DNA of 64,000 bases, from NCBI GenBank assembly GCA_964482725.1, contig CAYZYT010000001.1, forward strand, positions 186,061 to 250,060, written 5' to 3'. Source of the stretch: an uncultured bacterium. Lineage in GTDB: Bacteria > Omnitrophota > Omnitrophia > Omnitrophales > Aquincolibacteriaceae. Below the pieces are notes generated by a model. The model saw only the letters and a list, made by a program, of their open reading frames with translations. It was not told the origin of the DNA and ran no database searches. The position numbers and the translations under genes were made by a program. Below, in pieces: positions 6,766 through 16,602 of this stretch (position 1 is its first letter; the number at the start of each line of letters is the position of its first letter).

Positions 6766-9577
6766 CGGCAAGTTTCTCTTTCTCTTTTTCCAGGATCTCT
6801 TTCGGAGCTCTTTCGGCGAACGACGGGTTCTCAACTTTTTTACGGATAGTCTCGATCCACTGCTCTGTTTCCAGGATCTTTTTCTGGAGACGTTTTCTCT
6901 CCTCTTCCGGGTCCAGAACTCCCTCGAGCAGGATAAAGGCATCAAAGGCTGCAAAGGAGTTGGCCGCCACGGCGCCCTTTTTCTCGAATTCACGCACACA
7001 AGAAAGTTCCGCGAGCCGTCCCAGCACTTTTACCTCACGCTCGAAAGCGCGCAGGGTCTCCAACGTTCCCTGCTCCTTGCAAACAACGACCGCTTTGAGT
7101 TTATCGGTCGGAGAGATCTTGTAGCGGACCCGGAGATCCCGGAGACCGATCACCGCTTCCTGCAAGAGCCCGATGGCTTTCTGAGCTTCCCCATCGTGGA
7201 ATTTCATTTCCTCTTCGTGCGGCCACGGCGCGAGCATGATGGATTCGGGCCATGGACCCGATCCAACCTGGCAGGTCGAATTAATCCGACCTGCCAGGTT
7301 GGATGGGTGGGCTTTTTGCTTAAAGGTCTGCCAGATCTCTTCGGTGATGAACGGCATAAAAGGATGCAGAAGCCTCAGCATCCGCTCACAGACAAAGAAT
7401 AGGACCTTCTGCGTCTGCAATTTGAGAGCGGCATCCTCCGACAGGACCATGGGTTTCGCGAGCTCGATATACCAATCGCAGAAATCATCCCAGACAAAGT
7501 GATAAAGCTCGGTCGCCGCCTGGGCAAGGCCGAATTGGGAAAGATGCTTTTCGATCATCGCGGCTTTTGCCTCAAGCTGTGACAGGATCCAGCGGCTCGG
7601 AAGCGACAACTTGATGTTTTTGAATTGCGCCGGATCCGTGGAGGCTTCCTGAAACCCTTCGAGCTGCATCAGGACGAACCGGCAGGCGTTCCAGACCTTG
7701 GTGGCAAAATTGCGCCCCATCTCGAACTTCTCCCGGGAAAGATAAACATCCTGCGCGGAAAGCATCACGAGGCTGTAGCGGAGGGCGTCGGCCCCCATCT
7801 CCTCGATCACTTCAAGCGGATCGATGGAATTCCCGAGCGACTTCGACATCTTCAGCCCGCTCGCCGCGCGCACCGTGCCATGGATATTAATTTGGGTAAA
7901 CGGGACCTCCCCCATGAATTCGAGCCCGGCCATGATCATGCGCGCCACCCAGAAAAAGATGATCTCTGGAGCGGTGACAAGCGCCGAGGTCGGATAGAAT
8001 TTCTTCAGATCCTCGGTTTTCGCGGGCCAACCCAGCGTCGAGAACGGCCAGAGCCAGGACGAGAACCAGGTGTCGAGAACGTCCTCGTCGCGTTTGATGT
8101 CCTTTGAACCGCAGTGGGGACATTGAGTGATATCTTCACGAGACACAATCGCTCCGTCAGACTGGAGACTAGAGACTGGAGACTGGCGCTTCTGGTCTGT
8201 GGTCTTTCCAGTTTGCGACTGCGCGCATTTTGCGCAGTACCAAACTGGAAGCCGATGCCCCCACCAGATCTGGCGCGAGATGCACCAATCGCGGATCCCG
8301 TGAAGCCAGTTCAGATAAACCTTGGTCCAGCGGTCCGGAAAGAAAACTGTTTTCCCCTGTTCGTGGGCCTTCAGCGCCTTCTCGGCCAAAGGCTGCATCT
8401 TCACGAACCACTGTTTGGAAAGATACGGCTCCACGACGGTGTCGCAGCGATAGCAATGGCCGACCGCGTGCAGATGCGAGTCGCGCCGGACAAAAAGCCC
8501 CTGCGCTTCCAGGTCCTGAAGGATCTTTTTACGCGCTTCAAACCGGTCCATGCCTTGATACGGTCCGCCGTGCTCGTTGATCTTCGCGTCCGGCGTCATC
8601 ACATTGATCTGCTCGAGATTGTGCCGGTGCCCCATCGCAAAGTCATTGGGATCATGCGCCGGCGTCACTTTCACAATGCCGGTCCCGAATTCGGGGTCCA
8701 CAAAATCATCCGCGATCACCGGGATCTCGCGGTTCACAAGCGGCAGCAGGACTTTCTTCCCGATCAGGTGTTTGTAGCGGGGGTCGGTCGGATGCACTGC
8801 GACCGCGGTATCGCCCAACATGGTTTCGGGACGGGTCGTCGCGACCACAACGTGGTCGATGCCGAGTTTGTCGAGTACAGGGACAGGTCCGCTTTTGCTT
8901 GCAGGACCTGTCCCTGTGACGATCGGATACTTGAGGTGATAAAGCCCACCTTGCATGTCCTTGTGGGCGGCCTCTTCATCGGAAAGCGCTGTCTGGCAAC
9001 GAGGACACCAATTGATGATGTAGTTCCCGCGATAGATCAGTCCACGCTCGTAAAGCGTGACGAACGCCTCGCGCACCGCTTTGGAAAGGCCTTCATCCAT
9101 GGTGAACCGCTCACGGGTCCAGTCGCAGGAAGCGCCGAGCCGGCGGAGCTGGCGCGTGATGGTCGAGCCGTGCTCGTGCTTCCATTTCCAGACTTCTTCG
9201 AGGAATTTTTCGCGGCCGACATCCCAGCGAGTCTTTTTTTCTTTGGCGAGCTTCTTCTCAACCACATTCTGCGTCGCGATCCCCGCGTGATCGACCCCCG
9301 GCACCCAGAGCGTGTCCCGGCCCTTCATGCGGTTCCACCGGATGAGAATATCCTGGATGGAACTGTTGAGCGCGTGGCCCATATGCAGGATGCCTGTGAC
9401 ATTGGGCGGAGGGATGACGATAACATAAGACTTGGGACTTGAGACTTGAGACTTGAGCTTCGGATCTCTGGGCTCTGGGCTCTGGTCACTCGTCGGTTTG
9501 AAGTAGCCCTTCGCTTCCCAGAGGGTGTACCACTTCGTCTCGACTTCTTTGGAGTTGTATTGTTTGTCCAATTCCAT
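6716..9577 (-). CDS. valS: Valyl-tRNA synthetase, carrying three in-frame repeat/palindrome insertions.
   Basis: Class I motifs (PPPNVTG.LHMGHA, KMSKS), a zinc knuckle and a C-terminal coiled coil. It is 953 aa, slightly longer than typical. Confidence 0.9.
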   Translation of the reverse strand: MELDKQYNSKEVETKWYTLWEAKGYFKPTSDQSPEPRDPKLKSQVSSPKSYVIVIPPPNVTGILHMGHALNSSIQDILIRWNRMKGRDTLWVPGVDHAGIATQNVVEKKLAKEKKTRWDVGREKFLEEVWKWKHEHGSTITRQLRRLGASCDWTRERFTMDEGLSKAVREAFVTLYERGLIYRGNYIINWCPRCQTALSDEEAAHKDMQGGLYHLKYPIVTGTGPASKSGPVPVLDKLGIDHVVVATTRPETMLGDTAVAVHPTDPRYKHLIGKKVLLPLVNREIPVIADDFVDPEFGTGIVKVTPAHDPNDFAMGHRHNLEQINVMTPDAKINEHGGPYQGMDRFEARKKILQDLEAQGLFVRRDSHLHAVGHCYRCDTVVEPYLSKQWFVKMQPLAEKALKAHEQGKTVFFPDRWTKVYLNWLHGIRDWCISRQIWWGHRLPVWYCAKCAQSQTGKTTDQKRQSPVSSLQSDGAIVSREDITQCPHCGSKDIKRDEDVLDTWFSSWLWPFSTLGWPAKTEDLKKFYPTSALVTAPEIIFFWVARMIMAGLEFMGEVPFTQINIHGTVRAASGLKMSKSLGNSIDPLEVIEEMGADALRYSLVMLSAQDVYLSREKFEMGRNFATKVWNACRFVLMQLEGFQEASTDPAQFKNIKLSLPSRWILSQLEAKAAMIEKHLSQFGLAQAATELYHFVWDDFCDWYIELAKPMVLSEDAALKLQTQKVLFFVCERMLRLLHPFMPFITEEIWQTFKQKAHPSNLAGRINSTCQVGSGPWPESIMLAPWPHEEEMKFHDGEAQKAIGLLQEAVIGLRDLRVRYKISPTDKLKAVVVCKEQGTLETLRAFEREVKVLGRLAELSCVREFEKKGAVAANSFAAFDAFILLEGVLDPEEERKRLQKKILETEQWIETIRKKVENPSFAERAPKEILEKEKEKLADAKKLLVSYHSQLASF
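7263..7302. repeat. 40-bp near-perfect palindrome (CCAACCTGGCAGGTCGAATT|AATCCGACCTGCCAGGTTGG, one mismatch) inside valS coding sequence, in-frame.
   Basis: The reverse complement of the second half equals the first half except at one position. It encodes an extra peptide (..SNLAGRINSTCQVG..) near the conserved SIMLAPWP region. Confidence 0.7.
8158..8248. repeat. Composite insertion in valS: heptamer tandem repeats (GAGACTR x4, TGGTCTG x2) plus an imperfect palindrome of about 41 bp (CCAGTTTGCGACTGCGCGCATTTTGCGCAGTACCAAACTGG).
   Basis: It sits between the two Cys pairs of the ValRS zinc knuckle and encodes QSQTGKTTDQKRQSPVSSLQSDG. It is homologous to the element at 9428..9490. Confidence 0.6.
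9428..9490. repeat. Heptamer tandem-repeat insertion near the valS N-terminus (GACTTGR x4 then CTCTGGG x3).
   Basis: Encodes SDQSPEPRDPKLKSQVSSPKS between FKP and the PPPNVTG/HIGH region. It is the same repeat type as 8158..8248. Confidence 0.6.
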
Positions 9578-9586
9578 AAATACCGG

Positions 9587-9657
9587 AAGGAGGAGGGAGG
9601 ATGGCGGAGGGCGTCAAACCAGGCTTGTCGCCATCCTCCCTCCGCCTTCCGCCATCC
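9587..9657. repeat. GGATGG/CCATCC-rich hairpin element, family F2, copy 1. A 12-bp stem GGGAGGATGGCG / CGCCATCCTCCC flanks a loop of about 22 nt.
   Basis: Lies between the valS start and the cimA stop. Related copies are at 16449 and 23999. Confidence 0.55.
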
Positions 9658-11216
9658 TATCCTTTGTGTAATTTATATTCGATCGCTTCGACGAGGGCTT
9701 TCCAGCTGGCTTCGATGATGTTTTCGTGGACACCGACCGTGGTCCAGGTTTTTTGTTTATCCTGGAATTCGATAAAGACGCGTACCTTCGCCGCCGTTCC
9801 GGCCTCGGAATTGACGACGCGCACTTTATAATCCGTCAGGTGGATCTCATCGATCACGGGATACGTTTTGGCGAGCGCTTTCCGCAGCGCGGAATCGAGC
9901 GCGTTGACCGGCCCGTCCCCGTCCGCCGATTCAAAATGTTCGACGCCCTGAGCCGTGACTTGCACGTCTGCGATCGAGCGTGGGCTTCCGGCGCCGATCT
10001 CTTCGGTGCGCACGGAAACCGCGCCGGGTTGGAAGAACGGCTTGTATTTACCGAGGACCCGCTGCACGAGAAGCTCAAAACTCGCTTCCGCAGCTTCAAA
10101 TTGATACCCTTCGTATTCCAGGCGCTGGATCTCGGCGAGGATCTTCTTGGCCTCAGAAGAATCTTTCTGGAATTTCATTTCAAGTTCCTCGGCCTTGATC
10201 ATGATATTGGTCTTCCCCCCGAGCTCGGAGACAAGATACCGGCGGTAATTCCCGAGAGCTTTGGGCTCCACGTGCTCGTAGGTCTTGGCGTTCTTTACCA
10301 TGGCGTTGATGTGCACGCCGCCTTTGTGCGCGAACGCGGAGCGGCCCGTGAACGGCTGATTATTGACCAGAGGCATATTGCAAACCTCGGCCACATAATG
10401 CGAGAGCTGGGTCAGCTCCTTCATTTTCTTTGCGGGAAAGCACGGAACCTTCATCTTGAACTGGAGGTCCGGGATGATGCTTGCAAGGTTCGTGTTCCCG
10501 CAGCGCTCGCCGTAACCGTTGATCGTTCCCTGCACGAGAACGCATCCTTCGCCCACCGCCTGGATGGAATTGGCGACCGCAAGCTCGGAATCATTATGAC
10601 AGTGGATGCCGAGCGGCGTTTTCACGGAGCGCTTTACCTTCTGGATCGCGTGACGCACTTCATGCGGCAGGCTTCCGCCATTCGTATCACAGAGTGAAAG
10701 ATTGTTGGCGCCCGCTTTCGCGGCCTGCTGAAGCGTTTTCAGCGCGTATTCGGGATTCGCCTTGAACCCGTCAAAAAAATGTTCGGCATCATAGATCACT
10801 TCGATCTTCCGGTCCTTGAGGTACGCGACCGTTTCATAGATCATCAGGAGATTTTCTTTGAGCGTCGTCCGGAACACTTCAGTCACGTGCATGTCCCAGG
10901 ATTTCCCGAACACCGTCACGACCTTGGTGCCGGCTTCGAGCAGCGCTTTGATCTGCGAGTCTTCTTTGACTTTCATGTGGGCGCGGCGCGTGGAGCCGAA
11001 TGCCGCGATCTTGGAGTGTTTGATCCCGGCCTTCTTGACCGCGAGGAAGAATTCCATATCCTTCGGATTCGAACCCGGCCATCCGCCTTCGATGTAATGG
11101 ACACCGAACTGATCGAGCCGCTTCGCGATCAGCACCTTATCGTGGGAGGACAGACTGATCCCCTCAGCTTGTGAGCCATCACGGAGTGTTGTGTCGTAGA
11201 AAAGAATCTTCTTCAT
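9657..11216 (-). CDS. cimA: (R)-citramalate synthase (CimA clade of the LeuA/HMGL family).
   Basis: Motifs LRDGSQ, IEGGWPGSNPKD and HxH, plus a C-terminal LeuA-dimer regulatory domain. Start chosen at MKKILFYDTT. The ORF track extends to 11237. Confidence 0.7.
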   Translation of the reverse strand: MKKILFYDTTLRDGSQAEGISLSSHDKVLIAKRLDQFGVHYIEGGWPGSNPKDMEFFLAVKKAGIKHSKIAAFGSTRRAHMKVKEDSQIKALLEAGTKVVTVFGKSWDMHVTEVFRTTLKENLLMIYETVAYLKDRKIEVIYDAEHFFDGFKANPEYALKTLQQAAKAGANNLSLCDTNGGSLPHEVRHAIQKVKRSVKTPLGIHCHNDSELAVANSIQAVGEGCVLVQGTINGYGERCGNTNLASIIPDLQFKMKVPCFPAKKMKELTQLSHYVAEVCNMPLVNNQPFTGRSAFAHKGGVHINAMVKNAKTYEHVEPKALGNYRRYLVSELGGKTNIMIKAEELEMKFQKDSSEAKKILAEIQRLEYEGYQFEAAEASFELLVQRVLGKYKPFFQPGAVSVRTEEIGAGSPRSIADVQVTAQGVEHFESADGDGPVNALDSALRKALAKTYPVIDEIHLTDYKVRVVNSEAGTAAKVRVFIEFQDKQKTWTTVGVHENIIEASWKALVEAIEYKLHKG

Positions 11217-11244
11217 GTTTTCCCTATAACAACCCAATCAATTT

Positions 11245-11309
11245 GTGTCAGGGTGTCAAAGTATCAGAGTTTCAAAACTTTGACACTTTGATACTCTGAG
11301 ACTTTGATA
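11245..11309. repeat. Intergenic element family F3 (GTGTCAGGGTGTCAAAGTATCAGAGTTTCA...), copy X.
   Basis: A near-identical unit is present in inverted orientation at 61485..61544. It lies between lysC and cimA. Confidence 0.55.
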
Positions 11310-12527
11310 CTATCTTTTGCCGAGTCCGAATGCCTGGTGGATGGCGCGGGCGGCAAGCTTGCCTTTGTCGCCGGCGACGACGACCGAGATCTTGATCTCG
11401 GAAGTGGAGATCATATCGATATTGATCTTGTTCTTGGCCAGGGTCGAGAACATCTTGGACGCGATCCCGGAGTGCGAGCGCATGCCGATCCCGACGATCG
11501 AGACTTTCGCGACATTCTCGTCACAGACGACGTCTTTGACGCCGAGCTTCTTGGCGTTTGTCTTCACGACCTTCATAGCTTTCACAAGCTCGTTCTTGAA
11601 AACAGTGAAAGAAATGTCCGTGGAATTCGTGTTGGTCTTGTTCTGGATGATCATATCCACGTTCACGTTCGCGTCCGCCAGGGTCTGGAACACCTTGGCC
11701 GCCACGCCCGGACGGTCCGAAACCCCGAACAGGGTGATCTTGGCTTCATCTTCCGCTAACGCAACACCGCTGACGACGACTTCTTCCATTTTCTTGTTCT
11801 CCTTTGTAATAAGAGTTCCTTTGACTTCCTTATGGGAATTGCAGACCCAAATGGGCATGTTGAACTTTTTTCCGACTTCGATCGAGCGCGAGTGCATGAC
11901 CTTCGCCCCAAGCGACGCGAGCTCCAGGATCTCATCGTAAGTGGCGACATCCATCTTTGTCGCCTCCGGGATCACGCGAGGGTCTGCCGTATAGATGCCG
12001 TCCACGTCCGTATAGATCTCGCAATGTTTTGCCTTGAGCGCCACGGCAAGCGCCACGGCCGTCAGGTCGGAACCGCCGCGGCCGAGCGTTGTGATCTCGC
12101 CGGAGGGCGTCTGGCCCTGGAACCCGGCCACGATCACGATCTTCCCAGCAGCGAGGGCCTTTTTAATGCGATCCGCGCTGATATTCTGAATGCGGGCCTT
12201 GCTGTGAAATTCGTCGGTAATGATCCCCACCTGTGAACCTGTGAAAGAAACCGCCTCATGTCCCAATTTATGGACCGCCATCGCCAAAAGCGCGATCGAG
12301 ACCTGTTCCCCCGTAGAAAGAAGCATATCCATCTCACGTTCTTTGGGGTCCTTATTGATCTGATCGGCAAGCGTGATGAGATCATCGGTCATATCGCCCA
12401 TGGCGGAGACCACCACGACGACCTTGTTCCCGGCCTTTTTGGTTTTGATGACGCGCTGGGCCACTCTTAAGATTTTTTCCGCGTTGGCGACCGAAGAGCC
12501 GCCGTATTTTTGAACGATCAGTGACAT
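11310..12527 (-). CDS. lysC: Aspartate kinase (two C-terminal ACT domains).
   Basis: Motifs KYGGSSV and VVVVSAMG, with ACT repeats. Confidence 0.85.
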   Translation of the reverse strand: MSLIVQKYGGSSVANAEKILRVAQRVIKTKKAGNKVVVVVSAMGDMTDDLITLADQINKDPKEREMDMLLSTGEQVSIALLAMAVHKLGHEAVSFTGSQVGIITDEFHSKARIQNISADRIKKALAAGKIVIVAGFQGQTPSGEITTLGRGGSDLTAVALAVALKAKHCEIYTDVDGIYTADPRVIPEATKMDVATYDEILELASLGAKVMHSRSIEVGKKFNMPIWVCNSHKEVKGTLITKENKKMEEVVVSGVALAEDEAKITLFGVSDRPGVAAKVFQTLADANVNVDMIIQNKTNTNSTDISFTVFKNELVKAMKVVKTNAKKLGVKDVVCDENVAKVSIVGIGMRSHSGIASKMFSTLAKNKINIDMISTSEIKISVVVAGDKGKLAARAIHQAFGLGKR

Positions 12528-12576
12528 AATTAATTCCCCGTCTTTTAATTAGTTACATTTCAAAAACTTGTTATTT

Positions 12577-13776
12577 TTACTTACTCATAAAGAACGGCAT
12601 CAACTCCGTAGTTTTGCTAAATTTCACTTCCGAAGTCTTGGCCGCGATCTCCGAGAACCGCTCGATCTCATCGGCCACGATGTTCTTGCCGGTCACGGCA
12701 AACGGGACGCTGTCGCGGACGATCTCTTTCATTTTCCAAAGCGTCGCGTGCCCCGGAGTGACCAGCAGGCGCGAATCCTTGGCGCGTTCAAGATATTTCC
12801 GGATCTTCGAAAGCACAAAAAAATCGATCCCCTCGATCGCCGAGATCTTATTTTTTACTTCTCCGGTCCGCGCCGCTTCCTCAGGGGTGTGGAGATGAAG
12901 ACACACAAAATCTTTTTCTTCGAGCGCATCAATCGCCACCTTGGAGATCTTGTCATAAAAAGCCGCGGGCTCTTCGCCCTCCTCCTTGACCTCCATGACC
13001 GTAAGCCCCGCCACACGCCCCAGACCCTTGGCGTATTCGCGCGCGGCAACCATCGCGCCTCCCGAGACGTCAAAACATTCCCGAAAAGATTTTAAGACCG
13101 GCTTCATGCCCTGCCCCCAAAGCCAGACCATATTCGCCGGGTTCTCGCCGAGATCCACTCGCACTTGATTGATCTCATGGTCCTGTAAAAGAAGCCTGGC
13201 ATCGTACATCAGCTTGCGCATCAATTCTTCGCCCGGGCCCTTCGGCAGCACATCTTCGATCTTTTCGCCGATCACGCTCTCCGGCGCCTGCGTCTTCGCG
13301 GACAAGGCCTCAAATCCGTTCGCATCCTTGATCACCGCGATGTGCCGGTGCCCGGAGCCTGAGAAGAATCGGACAAAATCGCTCGCAACCTTTTTGTTCA
13401 AAAAATTGACAAGCGCTTTCGCTTCCTTGGTGGTCAGAGCCCCGGCGGTCGGATCGGCCAAGGTCCCGGCAGCTTCCGTGATAAAATTCATGCAGAACGC
13501 TACTTCCTTGTCATCGAGCGTCAATTCTTTGTCGGCGGCCTCAAGCGGCCCGCGACCCGTGTAAAGTTTCGCCGCGTCATAGCCTAAAAGATTGAACAGG
13601 CTTACATCTGCGCTAGGCGGCAGGCGATCGGACACAAGCTTTGCCGTCCCCACTTTGCCGTTTTTTGCAAAAAAGTTAAGGTTCGGCACCTTGGCCGCTT
13701 CCAGAGGAGTTTTTCCTCCGAGCTCTTCGGTCGGATGGTCCGCTGCGCCTGCAAGCACCACAACAATGGATTTCAT
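12577..13776 (-). CDS. apgM: Cofactor-independent phosphoglycerate mutase, archaeal type (ApgM family).
   Basis: N-terminus ([10 protein letters not shown]) and length match archaeal-type iPGM. Its start overlaps the thrC stop by 4 nt. Confidence 0.7.
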   Translation of the reverse strand: MKSIVVVLAGAADHPTEELGGKTPLEAAKVPNLNFFAKNGKVGTAKLVSDRLPPSADVSLFNLLGYDAAKLYTGRGPLEAADKELTLDDKEVAFCMNFITEAAGTLADPTAGALTTKEAKALVNFLNKKVASDFVRFFSGSGHRHIAVIKDANGFEALSAKTQAPESVIGEKIEDVLPKGPGEELMRKLMYDARLLLQDHEINQVRVDLGENPANMVWLWGQGMKPVLKSFRECFDVSGGAMVAAREYAKGLGRVAGLTVMEVKEEGEEPAAFYDKISKVAIDALEEKDFVCLHLHTPEEAARTGEVKNKISAIEGIDFFVLSKIRKYLERAKDSRLLVTPGHATLWKMKEIVRDSVPFAVTGKNIVADEIERFSEIAAKTSEVKFSKTTELMPFFMSK

Positions 13777-14843
13777 CGGATGACCTCCTTGACGGCATCA
13801 AGCGTGGACGAGACCTTCGTGACCGGATCTTCAAAACTGAGCGCGAAATCAGGGTCCTTCAACCCCGCCCCCGTAAGCGTGATCACGATGCGGGAGCCTT
13901 CTTTGAAAAATCCTTTTTTAGCAAGGTTGATAACCCCTGCCACCGGCGCAACGCTGGCCGGCTCCGCGAAAACGCCTTCGCGCTCCGCAATAAAACGGTA
14001 CGCCTTCGTGATCTCTTCATCCGTTACCATGTCGATCAAACCGCCCGATTCGTCACGAGCAGCCACCGCACCCTGCCAACTCGCGGGATTCCCGATACGG
14101 ATCGCGGTGGCAAGGGTCTCCGGCTTTTCCACCGGATGCCCCAGCACGATCGGCGCCGAACCCGCGGCCTGAAAACCGAGCATTTTGGGCAGCACCTCGG
14201 ACTTCCCTGCTTTTTTATATTCCTTGTAGCCTCTCCAATAAGCCGTGATATTACCGGCATTCCCGACCGGGATCGCGTGATATTCCGGAGCATCGCCAAG
14301 GTCGTCGACGATCTCGAACGCTGCCGTCTTCTGGCCTTCGATGCGATACGGATTGATAGAATTCACCAACGTGATCCTGCCATCCGCGGTCAGTTCCTTG
14401 ACCAACTCCAGCGCCTTATCGAAATTCCCCTCGATCATGATCACCTTCGCGCCGTAGCGATACGCCTGCAAAAGTTTTCCCTTCGCGATCTTCCCTTCCG
14501 GGATCAGCACAAAACACTTCAGGCCGCACCGGCACGCGTACGCCGCGGCCGAGGCGGACGTATTCCCGGTCGAGGCGCACATCACGGCCTTCGATCCGGC
14601 TTCGACGGCCTTGGAGATCGCCATCGTCATCCCGCGATCCTTGAACGACCCCGTCGGATTCAGGCCTTCGAACTTGTAATAGATCCGGATGTTCTTCAGC
14701 CCCAGTTCTACGGGAAGAGCTTCCGCAAGAATGAGCGGCGTATTGCCTTCATTGAGCGAAATGATCGGAGTCTTGTCCGTGACCGGGAGATATTCCTGGT
14801 AACGCTCGATGATCCCGATCTTCTTAACTGCGTATTTTCCCAT
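13773..14843 (-). CDS. thrC: Threonine synthase.
   Basis: PLP-lysine motif GSFKDRG and full-length ThrC homology. Confidence 0.85.
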   Translation of the reverse strand: MGKYAVKKIGIIERYQEYLPVTDKTPIISLNEGNTPLILAEALPVELGLKNIRIYYKFEGLNPTGSFKDRGMTMAISKAVEAGSKAVMCASTGNTSASAAAYACRCGLKCFVLIPEGKIAKGKLLQAYRYGAKVIMIEGNFDKALELVKELTADGRITLVNSINPYRIEGQKTAAFEIVDDLGDAPEYHAIPVGNAGNITAYWRGYKEYKKAGKSEVLPKMLGFQAAGSAPIVLGHPVEKPETLATAIRIGNPASWQGAVAARDESGGLIDMVTDEEITKAYRFIAEREGVFAEPASVAPVAGVINLAKKGFFKEGSRIVITLTGAGLKDPDFALSFEDPVTKVSSTLDAVKEVIR

Positions 14844-14880
14844 AAAAACCGACTTTCTATTTTTTCGTTAAAATTTTATG

Positions 14881-14947
14881 GTCATCCCCGAATGTCTGAG
14901 TCGGAGGTCCCCTCTATGGATTCCCGCTTTCGTGGGAAGGACAGAAT
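14881..14947. repeat. Family F1 element, copy 2 (GTCATCCCCGAA...TGGATTCCCGCTT...GGGAAGGACAGAATG).
   Basis: Alignable with 25142..25219. Lies between the hom stop and the thrC start. Confidence 0.5.
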
Positions 14948-14953
14948 GCGCGC

Positions 14954-16249
14954 TTACGCTTCTTCGATCCGGATGACCTGGGTCTTCCCCTTGATGCAGG
15001 ACATACGGTCGATCTCGCGGACCGCGGCCCTCAGATTTTTTTCATGCGTGTCGTGCGTCAAAAGGATGAGCGGCACCGCGCGCCCGGCGCTGCGCTCGCG
15101 CTGCATGACATCCGAGATGCTGATCTTGTATTTCCCGAGGACCTTCGAAATATTCGCAAGGACACTGGGCTCGTCGATCACATAAAACCGCAAGTAATAG
15201 CGCGACAGGATCGAAAAAATGCTCTTCACCGCGATCGTTTTCCCGAGCGCCCGCACGATGAACCGGTCTTCCACGGGCCCGGCCGCGTTCGCTTTCGCGA
15301 TATCCACCAGATCCGCGATGACAGCACTTGCCGTCGGATGCGCCCCTGCCCCTCGCCCATAAAAGAGCACATCGCCCACTTCGTCGCCGCGCATCAGGAT
15401 CGCGTTGAACGATCCGCTGACGTTCGCGAGAATATGGGAGTTCGGCAAAAGCGTCGGCTGAACGCGTGCCTCCATGCCCGCGCCCGATCGCTTGGCGATC
15501 GCGAGCAATTTGATCGTGTACCCGAATTCCTTGGCGAAAGCGATATCATCGCTTGAGATCTCGGTGATGCCTTCGCAGTAAATGTCTTTGAACCGGACTT
15601 TGCCGCCAAATGCGAAACGTGCGAGGATCGCGAGCTTATGCGCGGCATCGTGGCCGCTCACATCGAGAAAGGGGTTCGCCTCCGCAAAACCCAATTTTTG
15701 GGCACCCCCCAGGGCTTCCGCGAAGCTCATGCCCTTGGCGGTCATCTGGGTCAGAATATAATTCGTGGTCCCGTTGATAATGGCATGCACCGAATCGATG
15801 CGGTTCGCCGCAAGACCTTCCCGGAGCGCCTTGATGCACGGGATGCCGCCGCCCACGCTCGCTTCAAAACAAAGCCAGCGCTTCATCCGGTGCGCGAGTT
15901 CGAAGATCTCATCACCGTACTCGGCCAAGAGAGCTTTATTCGCCGTCACAACGTGCTTGCCGTTCTTAAGGGCTTCCTTGATCAATTGCCGCGCGATCGT
16001 CGTGCCGCCGATCAGTTCGACCACCACATCAATGGACGGATCCCGCACCACGGCGAAAGCGTCCTTCGTCATGATGCTTTTGGGAGGATGGACCTTTTTA
16101 TTCCGCTCGGGATATTTCTCCGCGATCCGCGCGATCTCGAAAGACACCCCCAGCTGGCGGGCAAAAAGAGCCTTCTTCGCCGTAAGGATCTCATAGAGTC
16201 CCGTGCCGATCTGTCCCAACCCGAGAAGTCCAATTCTGATCTTTTTCAT
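14954..16249 (-). CDS. hom: Homoserine dehydrogenase (with C-terminal ACT domain).
   Basis: N-terminal NAD fold (IRIGLLGLGQIGTG) and full-length Hom homology. Start MKKIRIG with AGGAG 6 nt upstream. The ORF track over-extends to 16354. Confidence 0.85.
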   Translation of the reverse strand: MKKIRIGLLGLGQIGTGLYEILTAKKALFARQLGVSFEIARIAEKYPERNKKVHPPKSIMTKDAFAVVRDPSIDVVVELIGGTTIARQLIKEALKNGKHVVTANKALLAEYGDEIFELAHRMKRWLCFEASVGGGIPCIKALREGLAANRIDSVHAIINGTTNYILTQMTAKGMSFAEALGGAQKLGFAEANPFLDVSGHDAAHKLAILARFAFGGKVRFKDIYCEGITEISSDDIAFAKEFGYTIKLLAIAKRSGAGMEARVQPTLLPNSHILANVSGSFNAILMRGDEVGDVLFYGRGAGAHPTASAVIADLVDIAKANAAGPVEDRFIVRALGKTIAVKSIFSILSRYYLRFYVIDEPSVLANISKVLGKYKISISDVMQRERSAGRAVPLILLTHDTHEKNLRAAVREIDRMSCIKGKTQVIRIEEA

Positions 16250-16448
16250 ATGGCTCCTGCGCAAACGTCCTAAGTTCCGTAGTGATAAAACCTTAACAAA
16301 GACCGGATCGCCCTGATCTTCCATTTTTTGAAATAATAAGGTACTCGGGACCACCCAGACTTCCCTGTTAATTTCCCCAACAAAAGTCGGCGTAGTATAT
16401 CGTGCCCTTGATTAAAAATCAAACAGCCCTTGCGCCGGATATCGGATA

Positions 16449-16507
16449 ACGGATGGAGGATGGCGTAAAACTAAAGACCCGGCTCCATCCACCCTCCTCC
16501 ATCCGTC
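16449..16507. repeat. Family F2 element, copy 2 (CGGATGGAGGATGG ... CCATCCACCCTCCTCCATCCG).
   Basis: Inverted GGATGG-rich arms, upstream of hom. Confidence 0.5.
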
Positions 16508-16602
16508 ACCCCTTTGAAATTCTCGCTTTCTTTACTTTAAAACCTGTTTATGTATACTATCTTCGCTTGCACTCCTCAATGAGCTAAATAAGGGGCCTAC
16601 AA

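Noticed and set aside
6766-6999. N-terminal 78 residues of the nadC ORF-track frame
   Set aside because: They overlap the valS C-terminus by about 285 nt and are Arg/Lys/Ser-rich with no NadC homology. The true start is at or after the Met at 6765.
16250-16354. Extended N-termini in ORF-track frames for hom and other genes: cimA 11217..11237, msbA 23984..24121, lpxB 25064..25243, carA 34725..34748, porin 36351..36440, glnN 40710..40775, lpxA 44417..44491, tsaD 62547..62618, giant protein 21884..22015
   Set aside because: In each case an internal Met is preceded by a good Shine-Dalgarno sequence and matches the canonical protein N-terminus or signal peptide. The upstream residues are non-conserved and often overlap repeat elements.
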